Below are positions 43,383-54,691 of a DNA stretch of 58,279 bases, piece by piece. Position 1 is the stretch's first letter. Every line of letters begins with the position of its first letter. Position numbers and translations under genes: made by a program. This DNA comes from Candidatus Scatovivens sp. GTDB taxonomy: Bacteria; Bacillota; Clostridia; TANB77; CAG-508. Where the stretch lies: contig JAZLBY010000065.1 in the NCBI GenBank assembly GCA_045613965.1, positions 1-58,279 of the forward strand. The letters run 5' to 3'. The notes under the pieces were generated by a model. It was not told the DNA's origin. It did not search any database and saw only the letters and a list, made by a program, of their open reading frames with translations.

Positions 43383-44308
43383 GAATTGGATTGCTATTTC
43401 CTGGACAAGGATCACAAAGCCTTGGAATGGGAAAAGATATTTACAATGATTATGAAACATACAGAAATGTTGTAAAAAAAGTGAATGAATATACGGGTTT
43501 GAATTTAGAAGAAATTACTTTTAATTCTTCTGAAGAAATATTAAATCAAACTAAAAATACTCAAATCGCAATACTTACAATGAGTTTAGGTATACTTGAA
43601 ATCTTAAAAGAAAATAAAGTAAATGCAGAAGCTTCATTGGGCCTAAGTTTAGGCGAATATGGAGCTTTAATTTTTGGCCAAATTTTAAGTTTAGAAGATG
43701 GCGTAAAAATAGTTAAAAAAAGAGGCGAAATAATGCAAGACCTTTGCCCTGAAGGAGATTGGGCTATGGCAGCGGTTCTTGGACTAGATGAAAAAATAGT
43801 AAATGAAGTTTGCTTAAATGCAACAAAAGGATTTATTTCAGCAGCAAATTATAATTGTCCAGGACAAATAGTTATTTCAGGAGAAAGAATTGCTTTAGAA
43901 GAAATAACAGAAAACTTAAAAGCTAAAGGTGCTAAAAGAGTAATTGAACTAAATACAGCTGGACCATTTCATACAAAAATGCTTAAAGATGCATCAATAA
44001 AATTGAGAGAAGAATTAGAAGATATTACAATTAATAGTTCTAAAAATGTAGTAATTAAAAATATTGATGGTAAGGCTTATAAAGATTCAGAGGATGTTAA
44101 AGATATTTTATCTAAACATATAACCAATCCAGTAAGATTTGAGGACGGAATAAAAGAAATGATTGATATGGGAATTGATACATTTGTAGAAATAGGACCA
44201 GGTAAAACATTATCAGGATTTGTTAAAAAGATAAATAAAGATGTAAAAGTGTTAAATATAAATAACAGTGAATCTTTAAAATTAGCGTTAGAAGAATTAA
44301 GTATTTAG
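43379..44308 (+). CDS. fabD: malonyl CoA-ACP transacylase
   Basis: Motifs LFPGQGSQ, GLSLGEY and GPFHT. ATGA overlap with birA. Confidence 0.93.
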   Translation: MRIGLLFPGQGSQSLGMGKDIYNDYETYRNVVKKVNEYTGLNLEEITFNSSEEILNQTKNTQIAILTMSLGILEILKENKVNAEASLGLSLGEYGALIFGQILSLEDGVKIVKKRGEIMQDLCPEGDWAMAAVLGLDEKIVNEVCLNATKGFISAANYNCPGQIVISGERIALEEITENLKAKGAKRVIELNTAGPFHTKMLKDASIKLREELEDITINSSKNVVIKNIDGKAYKDSEDVKDILSKHITNPVRFEDGIKEMIDMGIDTFVEIGPGKTLSGFVKKINKDVKVLNINNSESLKLALEELSI

Positions 44309-44317
44309 GAGGAAATT

Positions 44318-45052
44318 ATGGATAAAGTTGCATTAATAACAGGAGCTGCTCGTGGTATTGGAAAACAAATAGCAATAACACTTGCAAAAGAAGGATATAA
44401 CATTGCTTTAAATTATAGAACAAATACAGATTCAATTATTGAATTAAAAGATCAAATTGAAAGTTATGGAGTAAAGTGTCTTTTGATTCAAGGAGATGTA
44501 TCAGTATATGAAGATACTGAAAGAATGACAAATGAGACAATAGAAGAATTCGGTAAAATTGATGTTTTAGTAAATAACGCTGGAATAACAAAAGATACAT
44601 TACTTTTAAGAATGAAAGAAGAAGATTTTGAAAGCGTAATAAATGTTAATCTTATCGGTACATATAACATGACTAAAAATGTATCAAGTCATATGATGAA
44701 AGCAAGAAATGGTAGAATAATTAATGTTTCTTCAGTAGTTGGTGTTTCAGGTAATGCAGGACAATCAAATTATTCTGCATCAAAAGCTGGAATTATAGGA
44801 TTTACAAAAAGTTTAGCTAAAGAATTAGCATCAAGAAATATTTTAGTAAATGCCGTAGCACCAGGATTTATTGAAACAGATATGACAAAAGTTTTAAAAG
44901 ATGATGTTAAAGAAAAAATATTTGAACAAATTCCTTTAAAAAGAGAAGGAAAAGCAGAAGAAGTTGCAAATGTTGTTAAGTTTTTAGCATCTAATGATAG
45001 CAGTTATATTACAGGACAAGTAATAAATATTGATGGTGGAATGTTAATGTAA
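44318..45052 (+). CDS. fabG: 3-oxoacyl-ACP reductase
   Basis: SDR motifs TGAARGIG, NNAG and YSASKAG. Confidence 0.93.
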   Translation: MDKVALITGAARGIGKQIAITLAKEGYNIALNYRTNTDSIIELKDQIESYGVKCLLIQGDVSVYEDTERMTNETIEEFGKIDVLVNNAGITKDTLLLRMKEEDFESVINVNLIGTYNMTKNVSSHMMKARNGRIINVSSVVGVSGNAGQSNYSASKAGIIGFTKSLAKELASRNILVNAVAPGFIETDMTKVLKDDVKEKIFEQIPLKREGKAEEVANVVKFLASNDSSYITGQVINIDGGMLM

Positions 45053-45064
45053 GGAGAAATAAAT

Positions 45065-46300
45065 ATGGAAAGAAGAGTTGTAATTACAGGATTAGGAGCG
45101 ATAACTCCGATAGGAAACACATCTAAAGAGATGTGGGATTCTATTAAAGATGGTAAAAGTGGTATAGATGAGCTAACTTTAATTAATTCTGAAACATTTA
45201 AAACAAAACTTGCTGCTGAAGTTAAATCTTATGATCCTCAAAAATATTTTGAAGTTAAAGCTGCAAAAAGATTAGACAGAGATTCTCAATTTGCAATGAT
45301 AGCAGCAAGAGAAGCTTTAGAAGATAGTAAATTAAATAGTGATAATGCAGATTTTAATAATATTGGAATTTATATTAGTTCTGGTATAGGTGGATTTAAT
45401 ACAATAGAAACTCAATGTAATACATGTAATGAAAAAGGAAATTCTAGAGTATCACCAATGTTTATTCCAATGGGAATCTGTAATATGCCAGCAGGAAATG
45501 TTGCGATAGATTTAGGGTTAAAAGGTTCATCACTTGCGATAGTAACAGCATGTGCATCATCAACACATTCAATTGGTGAAGCATATAGAACTATAAAACA
45601 TGGATATGAAGATGTTATATTTGCAGGTGGAGTTGAAGCTGCAATAACACCAACAGCTATAGCTGGATTTGAGAATATGAAAGCTTTATCTAATGCTACA
45701 GACAAAACAAGAGCAAGCATTCCATTTGATAAAGAAAGAACTGGATTTGTAATGGGAGAAGGCGCTGGAGTAGTTGTTTTAGAAGAATTAGAACATGCTA
45801 AAAAAAGAGGTGCAAAAATATATGCTGAAGTAATTGGATATGGAGCAACATCTGATGCTTATCATATAACATCACCAGAACCAGATGGTGAAGGAGCAAC
45901 AAGAGCAGTTACAAGAGCTTTAAAAGATGCTGGAATTGATAGCACTGAAGTAGATTATATAAATGCACATGGTACTTCAACACATTTAAATGATTCAATA
46001 GAAACAAAAGTAGTAAAAAAAGTATTTGGCGATAATTCTAAAGTAAGAGTAAGTTCTACTAAAGGAAATACAGGACACTTACTTGGAGCTGCTGGAGCTG
46101 TAGAAGCGATTATATCAGTAAAAGCAATTGAAGAAGGAATACTTCCAGCAACAATTAATTATAAAGAAAAAGACGAAGAATGTGATCTAAATTTAGTAGT
46201 AAATCAATGTGAAAAACAAAATATAAATATTGCAATGTCAAATTCATTAGGATTTGGTGGTCATAATGCAAGTATTATCTTTAAAAAATTTGAAGGTTAA
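45065..46300 (+). CDS. fabF: 3-oxoacyl-ACP synthase II
   Basis: Active-site Cys in [18 protein letters not shown] and GHLLGAAG motifs. Confidence 0.93.
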   Translation: MERRVVITGLGAITPIGNTSKEMWDSIKDGKSGIDELTLINSETFKTKLAAEVKSYDPQKYFEVKAAKRLDRDSQFAMIAAREALEDSKLNSDNADFNNIGIYISSGIGGFNTIETQCNTCNEKGNSRVSPMFIPMGICNMPAGNVAIDLGLKGSSLAIVTACASSTHSIGEAYRTIKHGYEDVIFAGGVEAAITPTAIAGFENMKALSNATDKTRASIPFDKERTGFVMGEGAGVVVLEELEHAKKRGAKIYAEVIGYGATSDAYHITSPEPDGEGATRAVTRALKDAGIDSTEVDYINAHGTSTHLNDSIETKVVKKVFGDNSKVRVSSTKGNTGHLLGAAGAVEAIISVKAIEEGILPATINYKEKDEECDLNLVVNQCEKQNINIAMSNSLGFGGHNASIIFKKFEG

Positions 46301-46314
46301 GGAGGATAATCAAA

Positions 46315-46758
46315 ATGGAATATGACAAAATTAAACAATTAATTGAAGATATGGGAAACTCAAAAATTACTTCACTTGATATAGAATTTCCAGATGGAAT
46401 GAAAGTTAAAATGGAAAAAGGAGTTTCTAATGTTAAAGTTATAGAAACAACTACTTCTGTAGAAGAACCTATCATGAAAGAAACAGTAGTAAAAAGCGAA
46501 GAAATAAAAGAACCTAAAGAAGATGGAAAAATAATAAAATCTCCAATGATTGGAACATTTTATGCTAAACCTTCACCTGATAGTAAACCATATGTAGAAG
46601 TAGGAACAACAGTTAAAAAAGGTACAGTGTTATGCATTGTTGAAGCAATGAAATTAATGAATGAAATTGAATCTGAGTTTGACGGAAAAATAGTTGAAAT
46701 ATTAGTTAAAGACGGTGAAACTGTAGATTACGGAAAACCACTTTTTAAAATAGTATAA
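46315..46758 (+). CDS. accB: biotin carboxyl carrier protein of acetyl-CoA carboxylase
   Basis: Biotinylation motif [10 protein letters not shown]. Confidence 0.93.
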   Translation: MEYDKIKQLIEDMGNSKITSLDIEFPDGMKVKMEKGVSNVKVIETTTSVEEPIMKETVVKSEEIKEPKEDGKIIKSPMIGTFYAKPSPDSKPYVEVGTTVKKGTVLCIVEAMKLMNEIESEFDGKIVEILVKDGETVDYGKPLFKIV

Positions 46759-46772
46759 AAGGAGAATTTAAT

Positions 46773-47195
46773 ATGCTAAATAAAGAAGAAATTAAAGAAA
46801 TAATTCCACAAAGAGATCCATTTTTGATGATCGATGAAGTAGAAGAATATGTACCAGGAGAATCTTGCACTGCATATAAAAATGTAGATGAAAATGAGTG
46901 GTATTTTAAAGGACATTTTCCTGGAAATCCAATTATGCCTGGCGTATTAATTACAGAAAGTTTAGCTCAAGCTGGAGCTGTTGCAATTTTATCTATGCCT
47001 GAAAATAAAGGTAAAAATGCATTGTTTGGTGGAATAAATAATATGAAATTTAAAAAGATGGTTGTTCCTGGAGACAGATTAAAATTAGAAGTTAAAATAA
47101 TAAAAAGGAAAGGTCCAATCGGAGTTGGAGAAGCATTAGCTACTGTAGATGGTGCGATAGCTGCTAAAGGAGAACTTACTTTTGCGGTAGTATAA
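46773..47195 (+). CDS. fabZ: 3-hydroxyacyl-ACP dehydratase
   Basis: Motif HFPGNPIMPGVLITESLAQAG. Confidence 0.93.
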   Translation: MLNKEEIKEIIPQRDPFLMIDEVEEYVPGESCTAYKNVDENEWYFKGHFPGNPIMPGVLITESLAQAGAVAILSMPENKGKNALFGGINNMKFKKMVVPGDRLKLEVKIIKRKGPIGVGEALATVDGAIAAKGELTFAVV

Positions 47196-47211
47196 ATGAA
47201 AGGATATTTAT

Positions 47212-48546
47212 ATGAATAAAATATTAATAGCAAATCGTGGTGAAATTGCAGTTAGAATAATTAGAGCATGTAAAGAAATGAATATAAAAACAGTTGCTGT
47301 TTATTCAGAAGCAGATAAAGATGCTCTTCATGTAAAACTAGCAGACGAAGCTGTTTGTATAGGACCTGCAAATTCACAAAAAAGTTATTTGAATATAAAA
47401 AATATTATAGGTGCAGCCAATATTACTGGTGCTGATAGTATTCATCCGGGTTTTGGTTTTTTATCTGAAAATTCACAATTTGCATCAATTTGTGAAGAAT
47501 CTAATATTAAATTTATTGGACCTAAAAGTGATGTAATTAATCTTTTAGGAAATAAATCTAATGCAAAAGATATGATGAAAAAAGCTGGTGTACCTGTTAT
47601 TCCAGGATCAGATGGAAGTATAACTGGTATAAAAGAAGCAAAAGAAATCTGTGAAAAAATAGGTTATCCTGTAATATTAAAAGCAGCAAGTGGCGGTGGA
47701 GGAAAAGGTATAAGAATAGTTGAATCAGAAGCTGCACTTGAACAAGCTTATAATTTAGTAAAACAAGAAGCTAAAGCATCATTTAATGATGATGAAATTT
47801 ATATAGAAAAATTTATAAGAAATCCAAGACATGTTGAAATACAAATTTTAGCGGATGAACATGGAAATGTTGTACATTTAGGTGAAAGAGATTGTTCTAT
47901 TCAAAGAAGACATCAAAAAATGATAGAAGAAACTCCATCTACTGCTATAGATGAAAAAATAAGAAATAAAATGGGTGATGCTGCTGTAAAAGCTGCTAAA
48001 GCAACTGGGTATACAAGCTGTGGTACAGTTGAGTTTTTGGTAGATGATGAAAGAAATTTCTATTTTATGGAAATGAATACAAGAATTCAAGTAGAACATC
48101 CAATAACTGAAGAGAGAACTGGAATAGATATAGTTAAAGAACAAATTAAAATTGCAGCTGGTGAGAAATTAAAATTTAAACAAAAAGAAGTAACATTTAG
48201 AGGTCATTCTATAGAATGTAGAATAAATGCTGAAAATCCAAGTAAAAACTTTATGCCATCTCCGGGAAAAATAACAGGTTTATATTTACCAGGAGGAAAT
48301 GGAATAAGAATTGATACAGCTATTTATGAAGGATATACAATATCTCCACATTATGATTCTATGATAGCTAAAATTATTGTACATGGAGTAACAAGAAATG
48401 AAGCTATTGCAAAAATGAAAAGAGCATTAGAAGAATTAGTAATTGAAGGTGTTGAAACAAATAGAGATTTCTTGTTTGAGATAATTAAAACTCCAGATTT
48501 TATAAGAGGAAATTTTGATACATCTTTTATTGAAAAGAATTTTTAA
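47212..48546 (+). CDS. accC: biotin carboxylase subunit of acetyl-CoA carboxylase
   Basis: Motifs [23 protein letters not shown]-grasp GGGGKGIR and [14 protein letters not shown]. Confidence 0.95.
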   Translation: MNKILIANRGEIAVRIIRACKEMNIKTVAVYSEADKDALHVKLADEAVCIGPANSQKSYLNIKNIIGAANITGADSIHPGFGFLSENSQFASICEESNIKFIGPKSDVINLLGNKSNAKDMMKKAGVPVIPGSDGSITGIKEAKEICEKIGYPVILKAASGGGGKGIRIVESEAALEQAYNLVKQEAKASFNDDEIYIEKFIRNPRHVEIQILADEHGNVVHLGERDCSIQRRHQKMIEETPSTAIDEKIRNKMGDAAVKAAKATGYTSCGTVEFLVDDERNFYFMEMNTRIQVEHPITEERTGIDIVKEQIKIAAGEKLKFKQKEVTFRGHSIECRINAENPSKNFMPSPGKITGLYLPGGNGIRIDTAIYEGYTISPHYDSMIAKIIVHGVTRNEAIAKMKRALEELVIEGVETNRDFLFEIIKTPDFIRGNFDTSFIEKNF

Positions 48547-48561
48547 AAGGAATGAAAAATT

Positions 48562-49398
48562 ATGATAGTTGATAAGATTAAAAAAAGAAATCCTTCACTT
48601 AAAAAAATAGAAAATAAAGTAGATATTCCAGTTGGAAAATGGATTAAATGTGATTCATGTAAAGAAATTATTTATAAAGATATTTTAAATGAAACATTAA
48701 ACACATGTCCTAATTGTGGTAATTATTTTAGAATGCATATTGCAAAAAGATTAAAACAAATAATTGATGATAATACATATGAAGAATTTGATTTAAAAAT
48801 AGATTCAACAAATCCATTAAATCTTGAAGATTATCCTAAAAAATTAAAATCTTTAAGAGATAGAACAGGACTAGAAGAAGCTGTAACATGTGGAATCGGA
48901 AAAATTAATGGTGAGAACACTGTAATATGTATAATGGATAGTGGTTTTTTAATGGGAAGTATGGGCGCAGTAGTTGGTGAAAAGATTACATACGCTATAG
49001 AAAAAGCTATAGAAAAAAGATATCCTTTAATAATATTTTCTGTTTCTGGTGGAGCTAGAATGCAAGAAGGAATTATTTCACTTATGCAAATGGCAAAAAC
49101 AACAGCTGCACTTACTAAACTTCATGATGCAGGTCTTTTATATATTTCTGTATTAACAGATCCAACTTATGGAGGAGTAACAGCATCGTTTGCAAGCTTA
49201 GGAGATATTATTTTATCAGAACCAAAAGCAATGATAGGTTTTGCCGGACCAAGAGTAATTGAACAAACAATTGGCGAAGCACTTCCAGAAGGATTTCAAA
49301 CTGCAGAATTTTTATTAGAACATGGATTTATAGATAAAATAGTTGAAAGAAAAGATTTAAAAGATACACTTTATAAGTTAATCAAATTTAACAAATAA
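48562..49398 (+). CDS. accD: acetyl-CoA carboxylase carboxyltransferase beta subunit
   Basis: N-terminal zinc ribbon CDSCKEI...[10 protein letters not shown], followed by the CT domain. Confidence 0.93.
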   Translation: MIVDKIKKRNPSLKKIENKVDIPVGKWIKCDSCKEIIYKDILNETLNTCPNCGNYFRMHIAKRLKQIIDDNTYEEFDLKIDSTNPLNLEDYPKKLKSLRDRTGLEEAVTCGIGKINGENTVICIMDSGFLMGSMGAVVGEKITYAIEKAIEKRYPLIIFSVSGGARMQEGIISLMQMAKTTAALTKLHDAGLLYISVLTDPTYGGVTASFASLGDIILSEPKAMIGFAGPRVIEQTIGEALPEGFQTAEFLLEHGFIDKIVERKDLKDTLYKLIKFNK

Positions 49399-49422
49399 AT
49401 CATTAAGTATAGGAGGTAATGT

Positions 49423-50235
49423 ATGAAAAAAGAGTTAACAGCTTGGGATAGAGTTGAAATAGCTAGAAATCCAAAAAGAAAAACTTCAATTGAATATATT
49501 GAAAATATATTTGATGATTTTATAGAATTACATGGAGATAGAAATTATAAAGATGATAAAGCTATAGTGTGTGGTCTAGCAAGTATAGGTAATCAAAATT
49601 TTACTGTAATTGCTGAACAAAAAGGAAGAACAACTAAAGAAAATATTGAAAGAAATTTTGGTATGCCTAATCCAGAAAGCTATAGAAAAGCTATTAGATT
49701 TATGAAACAAGCAGATAAATTTAAAAGACCAGTAATAACATTTATTGATACTAAAGGTGCTTATCCAGGAATTGGAGCTGAAGAGAGAGGCCAAGGTGAA
49801 GCAATCGCTAGATCAATGTTTGAAATGGCGAGATTAAAAGTACCAGTTATTGCAATTATAATTGGTGAGGGTTCAAGTGGTGGTGCTCTTGCATTAGGTG
49901 TAGCAAACAAAGTAATAATGCTTGAAAATGCTGTGTATTCTATTTTATCACCAGAAGGTTATAGCAGTATTCTTTGGAAAGATTCATCAAGATATAAAGA
50001 AGCTGCAGAAAAAATGAAATTGACAGCTGGAGATTTATATGATTTAAATGTAATAGATAAAGTGATTAAAGAACCACGTCAAGTTAGTGATGAAGATTTT
50101 AAATTAATTTGCAATAATATACAAAAAGAAATAAAAACTACAATTAATAAATTAAAGAAATTATCAGACGAAGAAATAGTTGAGGATAGATATCAAAAAT
50201 TTAGAAGAATCGGTGAATTTGTAACGTTAAATTAA
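49423..50235 (+). CDS. accA: acetyl-CoA carboxylase carboxyltransferase alpha subunit
   Basis: Motifs FIDTKGAYPGIGAEERGQGEAIA and GEGSSGGALA. Confidence 0.93.
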   Translation: MKKELTAWDRVEIARNPKRKTSIEYIENIFDDFIELHGDRNYKDDKAIVCGLASIGNQNFTVIAEQKGRTTKENIERNFGMPNPESYRKAIRFMKQADKFKRPVITFIDTKGAYPGIGAEERGQGEAIARSMFEMARLKVPVIAIIIGEGSSGGALALGVANKVIMLENAVYSILSPEGYSSILWKDSSRYKEAAEKMKLTAGDLYDLNVIDKVIKEPRQVSDEDFKLICNNIQKEIKTTINKLKKLSDEEIVEDRYQKFRRIGEFVTLN

Positions 50236-50250
50236 AGGAGGAGTTTTTAA

Positions 50251-51024
50251 ATGTTACTTGAAAATAAAAAGATATTAATAATGGGAATTAGAAATAAATG
50301 GAGTATTGCATATGGTATTGCTAAATCAGCTTATGAACATGGTGCTAAATTAATATTCACATTTATGGGTGAAGAAAATAGAGATAAAATTGAAAGTTTA
50401 ATTTCAGAATTTGAAGGAAGTAAAGCATATACAGTTGATGGAGCATCTGAAGATGAAGTTGTTAGAGAAGCTTTTGAAAAAATAAAAGCTGAGAATGGAA
50501 AAATAGATGGATTAGTTCATGCTATAGCACATGCTAATACAGAAGATCTTCATAATGATTTTATATTTACAAGTAAAGAAGGATTTTCTCATGCTTGTGA
50601 CGTTAGTGCATATTCATTTGTATTAGTATCAAGAATGGCAAAAGAATTAGATATGTTAAATGAAGAAGCAAGTTTAATTACTTTAACATATAATGGTTCT
50701 GAAAGAGTAATTCCTGGATATAATGTTATGGGAGTTGCTAAAGCTGCATTAGAGTCAAGTGTTAGATATCTTGCAGAAAATTATGGTAGAGAAAGTATTA
50801 GAGTAAACTGTATTTCTGCTGGACCAATTAAAACATTATCAGCAAAAGGTATCAAAGATTTTAATAGTGTTTTAACAGTAGTTGAAGAAAAATCACCTTT
50901 ACATAGAAATGTTACTACTGAAGAGGTTGGAAATGTTGCAACATTTTTATTAAGTAATATGTCTAGATGTATAACTGGTCAAATTATTTTTGCTGATAGT
51001 GGATACAGTATTATGGGTGTTTAA
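50251..51024 (+). CDS. fabI: enoyl-ACP reductase (FabI type)
   Basis: Motifs [19 protein letters not shown], catalytic [13 protein letters not shown] and [10 protein letters not shown]. Confidence 0.9.
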   Translation: MLLENKKILIMGIRNKWSIAYGIAKSAYEHGAKLIFTFMGEENRDKIESLISEFEGSKAYTVDGASEDEVVREAFEKIKAENGKIDGLVHAIAHANTEDLHNDFIFTSKEGFSHACDVSAYSFVLVSRMAKELDMLNEEASLITLTYNGSERVIPGYNVMGVAKAALESSVRYLAENYGRESIRVNCISAGPIKTLSAKGIKDFNSVLTVVEEKSPLHRNVTTEEVGNVATFLLSNMSRCITGQIIFADSGYSIMGV

Positions 51025-51047
51025 AAAATATATGGAGGAATAAAAAA

Positions 51048-51284
51048 ATGAATGAAAATGAAATATTAGAAAAATTAAAAAATATTATAGTAGATCAATT
51101 AGGTGTTGAAGGAGAACAAGTTGTTCCAGGAGCTAACTTTATTGATGATTTAGGTGCTGATTCTTTAGATATAGTAGAACTTGTAATGGCTATTGAAGAA
51201 GAATTCGACATCCAAATAGAAGATGCTGATGCAGAAAATATTGTAACAGTTAAAGATGTAATTGAATATATTAAAAATAAATAA
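51048..51284 (+). CDS. acpP: acyl carrier protein
   Basis: 78 aa. Phosphopantetheine site [20 protein letters not shown]. Confidence 0.95.
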   Translation: MNENEILEKLKNIIVDQLGVEGEQVVPGANFIDDLGADSLDIVELVMAIEEEFDIQIEDADAENIVTVKDVIEYIKNK

Positions 51285-51290
51285 ATCATT

Positions 51291-51318
51291 GGTAGCTAAA
51301 AAGCTACCTTTTATTTTT
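51291..51318 (+). terminator. intrinsic terminator closing the fab/acc operon
   Basis: Stem ggtagct/agctacc with loop aaaa, followed by TTTTaTTTTT. Confidence 0.85.
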
Positions 51319-51527
51319 GGAAAAAACTGACCGAATAGTCAAATTATAAAGTGACGATATAATAAAATTTTTTTAAAAAATTAAGACACGAAATAGGCTA
51401 TTTTTAAGCATCTAGTTTTCGATATTAGATTAAATGGTTAATGAGGTTTTATAAACTATTTACAAATATTCATTGATATAATATAATTTGCACGTAAATA
51501 TTTTTTTAAAAAGAAGAGGATAAATTT

Positions 51528-53249
51528 ATGGAGATTAAAAGAATTAATAAAGTTCCTAAACCAAATAATATTAAAGATATTATTTATAGATCAGCTGAAA
51601 AATTTGCTGATAAAGTAGCATTCAAAATTAAACATCAAGAAAATAAAGAAGTAACTTATGAAGAAATAACATATAAAAAATTATTAGAAGATGCTAATAA
51701 ACTTGGTTCAGGTTTATATAAAATGGGATTTAAAGGCAAAAGAGTAGCTATAATTGGTAAAAATAGATACGAATGGTCTTTATCATATATAACAAATTTC
51801 CTAGGAGGAATTGTTTCTGTTCCACTAGATAAAGATTTACAATACGATGAATTAGAAAGATCTTTAATTAGAAGTAAAGCTGAATGTATAATTTTTGATG
51901 AAAAATTAGAAGAATCAGTTACTAAAATTAGAAATCAAGAAAAAACATCTTTAAAAGAATTTATTTGTATGTCTGAACTAAAAGGATTTAAATCTATTAC
52001 AGATGTTATGAATGAAGGAACAAAAGCTTTAGAGAATAATTATAATGATTATATTAATTCAGAAATTAATAATGATGAAATGGCTGTTCTTTTATTTACT
52101 TCAGGAACAACAGCTCAATCAAAAGCTGTTATGTTATCTCAAAAAAATATTGCAACAAACATATATGATTTACAAAGTATGGAAGATATTAATGAAAAAG
52201 ATGTTAGTATAGCACTTCTTCCATTCCATCATATATTTGGTTCAACATGTATGATTTATACATTAGCATGTGGAGTAAAAATTGTTTTTGCTGATGGATT
52301 AAGATACGTAAAACAAAATTTAGCTGAATACAAAGTAACAATGTTTGTTGGAGTTCCTCTTTTAATGGATTCTATTTACAAAGGTGTTACAAAAGAAATT
52401 GAAAAACAAGGAAAAACAAAATTAATTAAAGTTGCCACAAAAGTAAGCAATGGACTTTTAAAATTAAAAATAGATATTAGAAGAAAATTATTTAAACAAG
52501 TTATTAACGGTTTAGGTGGAGCTTTAAGAGTAATTATTATTGGTGGTGCTCCCGCTGATCCTAAAATATTAAAAGCATTTGATGATTTTGGAATTATTAC
52601 ACTACAAGGATATGGATTAAGTGAAACTTCTCCAGTTGTTGCTGCTGAAAATCCTAAACATAAGAAAAATGGAACTTGTGGTCAAGCAATGCCAAGTGTA
52701 ACAATGGAAATTGTTGATAAAGATGAACTTGGTATTGGAGAAATAAGAGTAAAAGCTGATTCTGTAATGCTTGGATATTATGAAATGCCAGAAGAAACAG
52801 CAGAAGTTTTAAAAGATGGATGGTTCTATACAGGTGATTTAGGATTTTTAGATCCAAAAGGTAATATTACAATTACAGGAAGAAATAAAAATATGATAGT
52901 TTTAGCTAATGGTAAAAAAGTATTCCCAGAAGAAATTGAAACAATGCTTAATAGATTACCATTAATAGAAGAATGTATGGTATTCGGACTTCCATCAAAA
53001 GAAGATAAGAATGATGTTACATTATCAGTTAAAGCTGTTTATAATAAAGAAGTTGCTGAAGAAAAATATCCAGGAAAATCTGAAGATGAATTATATAAAA
53101 TTCTTTGGAATGAAATTAAAGAAATTAATACAACATTCCCAAGTTATAAACATATTAAAAATCTAATTTTAACAAGTGAAGAATTAATTAAAACAACAAC
53201 TAAAAAAGTTAAAAGAAGAGAAGAAATGAAATTAATATTAGGTGAATAA
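51528..53249 (+). CDS. AMP-forming long-chain acyl-CoA (or acyl-ACP) synthetase, paralog 2
   Basis: Motifs LFTSGTTAQSK, GYGLSETSPVVA and GWFYTGDLGF. The C-terminus KTTTKKVKRREEMK is clearly paralogous to 41114-42820. Confidence 0.85.
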   Translation: MEIKRINKVPKPNNIKDIIYRSAEKFADKVAFKIKHQENKEVTYEEITYKKLLEDANKLGSGLYKMGFKGKRVAIIGKNRYEWSLSYITNFLGGIVSVPLDKDLQYDELERSLIRSKAECIIFDEKLEESVTKIRNQEKTSLKEFICMSELKGFKSITDVMNEGTKALENNYNDYINSEINNDEMAVLLFTSGTTAQSKAVMLSQKNIATNIYDLQSMEDINEKDVSIALLPFHHIFGSTCMIYTLACGVKIVFADGLRYVKQNLAEYKVTMFVGVPLLMDSIYKGVTKEIEKQGKTKLIKVATKVSNGLLKLKIDIRRKLFKQVINGLGGALRVIIIGGAPADPKILKAFDDFGIITLQGYGLSETSPVVAAENPKHKKNGTCGQAMPSVTMEIVDKDELGIGEIRVKADSVMLGYYEMPEETAEVLKDGWFYTGDLGFLDPKGNITITGRNKNMIVLANGKKVFPEEIETMLNRLPLIEECMVFGLPSKEDKNDVTLSVKAVYNKEVAEEKYPGKSEDELYKILWNEIKEINTTFPSYKHIKNLILTSEELIKTTTKKVKRREEMKLILGE

Positions 53250-53257
53250 TATAATTA

Positions 53258-53287
53258 ATACCTCTGCTATAAGCAGAGGTATTTTTC
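53258..53287 (+). terminator. intrinsic terminator
   Basis: Stem atacctctgc/gcagaggtat is followed by TTTTT. Confidence 0.85.
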
Positions 53288-53391
53288 TTGACTTAAAATA
53301 AAAATTACATATACAAAATGATATTCTTATGTGATATAATATTATTGCTTTTGAAATATCTGCAAAATAATAATAAAGGAGAGATATACGT

Positions 53392-53916
53392 ATGAAAGAA
53401 TTAAAAGATTACGTAAGAAGCATACCTGATTTTCCAGAAGAAGGAATAATGTTTAGAGATGTTTCTACAGTATTACAAGATAAAGATGGTTTTAAACTTG
53501 CAGTTGATAGTATGATTGAGAAGTTAAAGGACATAGATTTTGATGTAGTTGTAGGACCAGAAGCAAGAGGATTTATATTTGGAACACCTATTGCTTATGC
53601 TTTAAATAAAGCATTTGTTCCGGTAAGAAAAAAGGGTAAATTACCTTTTGAAACAATACAAGAAGATTATGAATTAGAATATGGACATGCAACACTAGAG
53701 ATTCATACTGATTCAATTAAAAAAGGTCAAAAAGTTGTAATCGTAGATGATCTAATTGCAACAGGAGGAACATTAAAAGCTATAATTAAATTAGTTGAAA
53801 GATTAGGTGCAGAAGTTGTAAGAATAGCTTGTTTGATTGAACTTCCTGAATTAAATGGTAGAAATAATTTAGAAGGATATGATGTAGTATCATCAATATC
53901 TTTTGAAGGTAAATAG
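53392..53916 (+). CDS. apt: adenine phosphoribosyltransferase
   Basis: Motifs IPDFPEEGIMFRDVSTVL and PRPP motif VVIVDDLIATGGT. Confidence 0.95.
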   Translation: MKELKDYVRSIPDFPEEGIMFRDVSTVLQDKDGFKLAVDSMIEKLKDIDFDVVVGPEARGFIFGTPIAYALNKAFVPVRKKGKLPFETIQEDYELEYGHATLEIHTDSIKKGQKVVIVDDLIATGGTLKAIIKLVERLGAEVVRIACLIELPELNGRNNLEGYDVVSSISFEGK

Positions 53917-53927
53917 AAGGAGTTAAA

Positions 53928-54626
53928 ATGAAAATAGGAATAATAGCTGCTGAAAATGCAGAAATGATGGCAATAAAAAATATAATGACAGATATTAGTG
54001 AAGAACCTGTATACAATTTAATGTTTACTCATGGAAAAATAGAAAATAAAGATTGTGTACTTGTAGAATGTGGTGTTGGTAAAGTTAATGCTGCAAGAAC
54101 TACACAAATAATGATTGATAAATATTCTGTAGATTATATTATAAATGTTGGATCTGCTGGTGGTGTTAATAGTGAACTAAATATATTAGATTTAGTTGTT
54201 GGAAAAAGTTTAGTACAATATGACTTTGATATTTCAGGTGCTGGAAATTATGAAAAGGGAGAAATTTGTGGTACTGGAAAATATTTTAATTCAGATGAAA
54301 GATTAGTTTCATTATGCCAAGAAGTATTAGATAACATAGAAAATAGAGAATTTAATTATAGAGTAGGAATTATAGGTTCTGCTGATATGTTCTGTACAAA
54401 TCCTGAAGTTGGAAAAGCTGTTAGAAATGATTTTGGTGCAGAGTGTGTTGAAATGGAAGGAGCTGCAATTGCTCAAGTTTGTATGCTTGATAATATTCCA
54501 TTTTTAGTAATAAGAGGAGTATCAGATTCTCCAAATGGCAATAACGATATTGATTTCCATACATATTTAGGAATAGTATCAAATAGAGTTGCTTCAATAT
54601 TAAAAGAACTTGTAATTAAAATTTAA
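53928..54626 (+). CDS. mtnN: 5'-methylthioadenosine/S-adenosylhomocysteine nucleosidase
   Basis: Motifs MKIGIIAAENAEM, CGVGKVNAA, VEMEGAAIAQV and VIRGVSD. Confidence 0.92.
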   Translation: MKIGIIAAENAEMMAIKNIMTDISEEPVYNLMFTHGKIENKDCVLVECGVGKVNAARTTQIMIDKYSVDYIINVGSAGGVNSELNILDLVVGKSLVQYDFDISGAGNYEKGEICGTGKYFNSDERLVSLCQEVLDNIENREFNYRVGIIGSADMFCTNPEVGKAVRNDFGAECVEMEGAAIAQVCMLDNIPFLVIRGVSDSPNGNNDIDFHTYLGIVSNRVASILKELVIKI

Positions 54627-54691
54627 GTTGAATAAAATACATGTATATGGTATTATATTTTAGTAAAATTTAAGGAAGAGATAAAATAATA

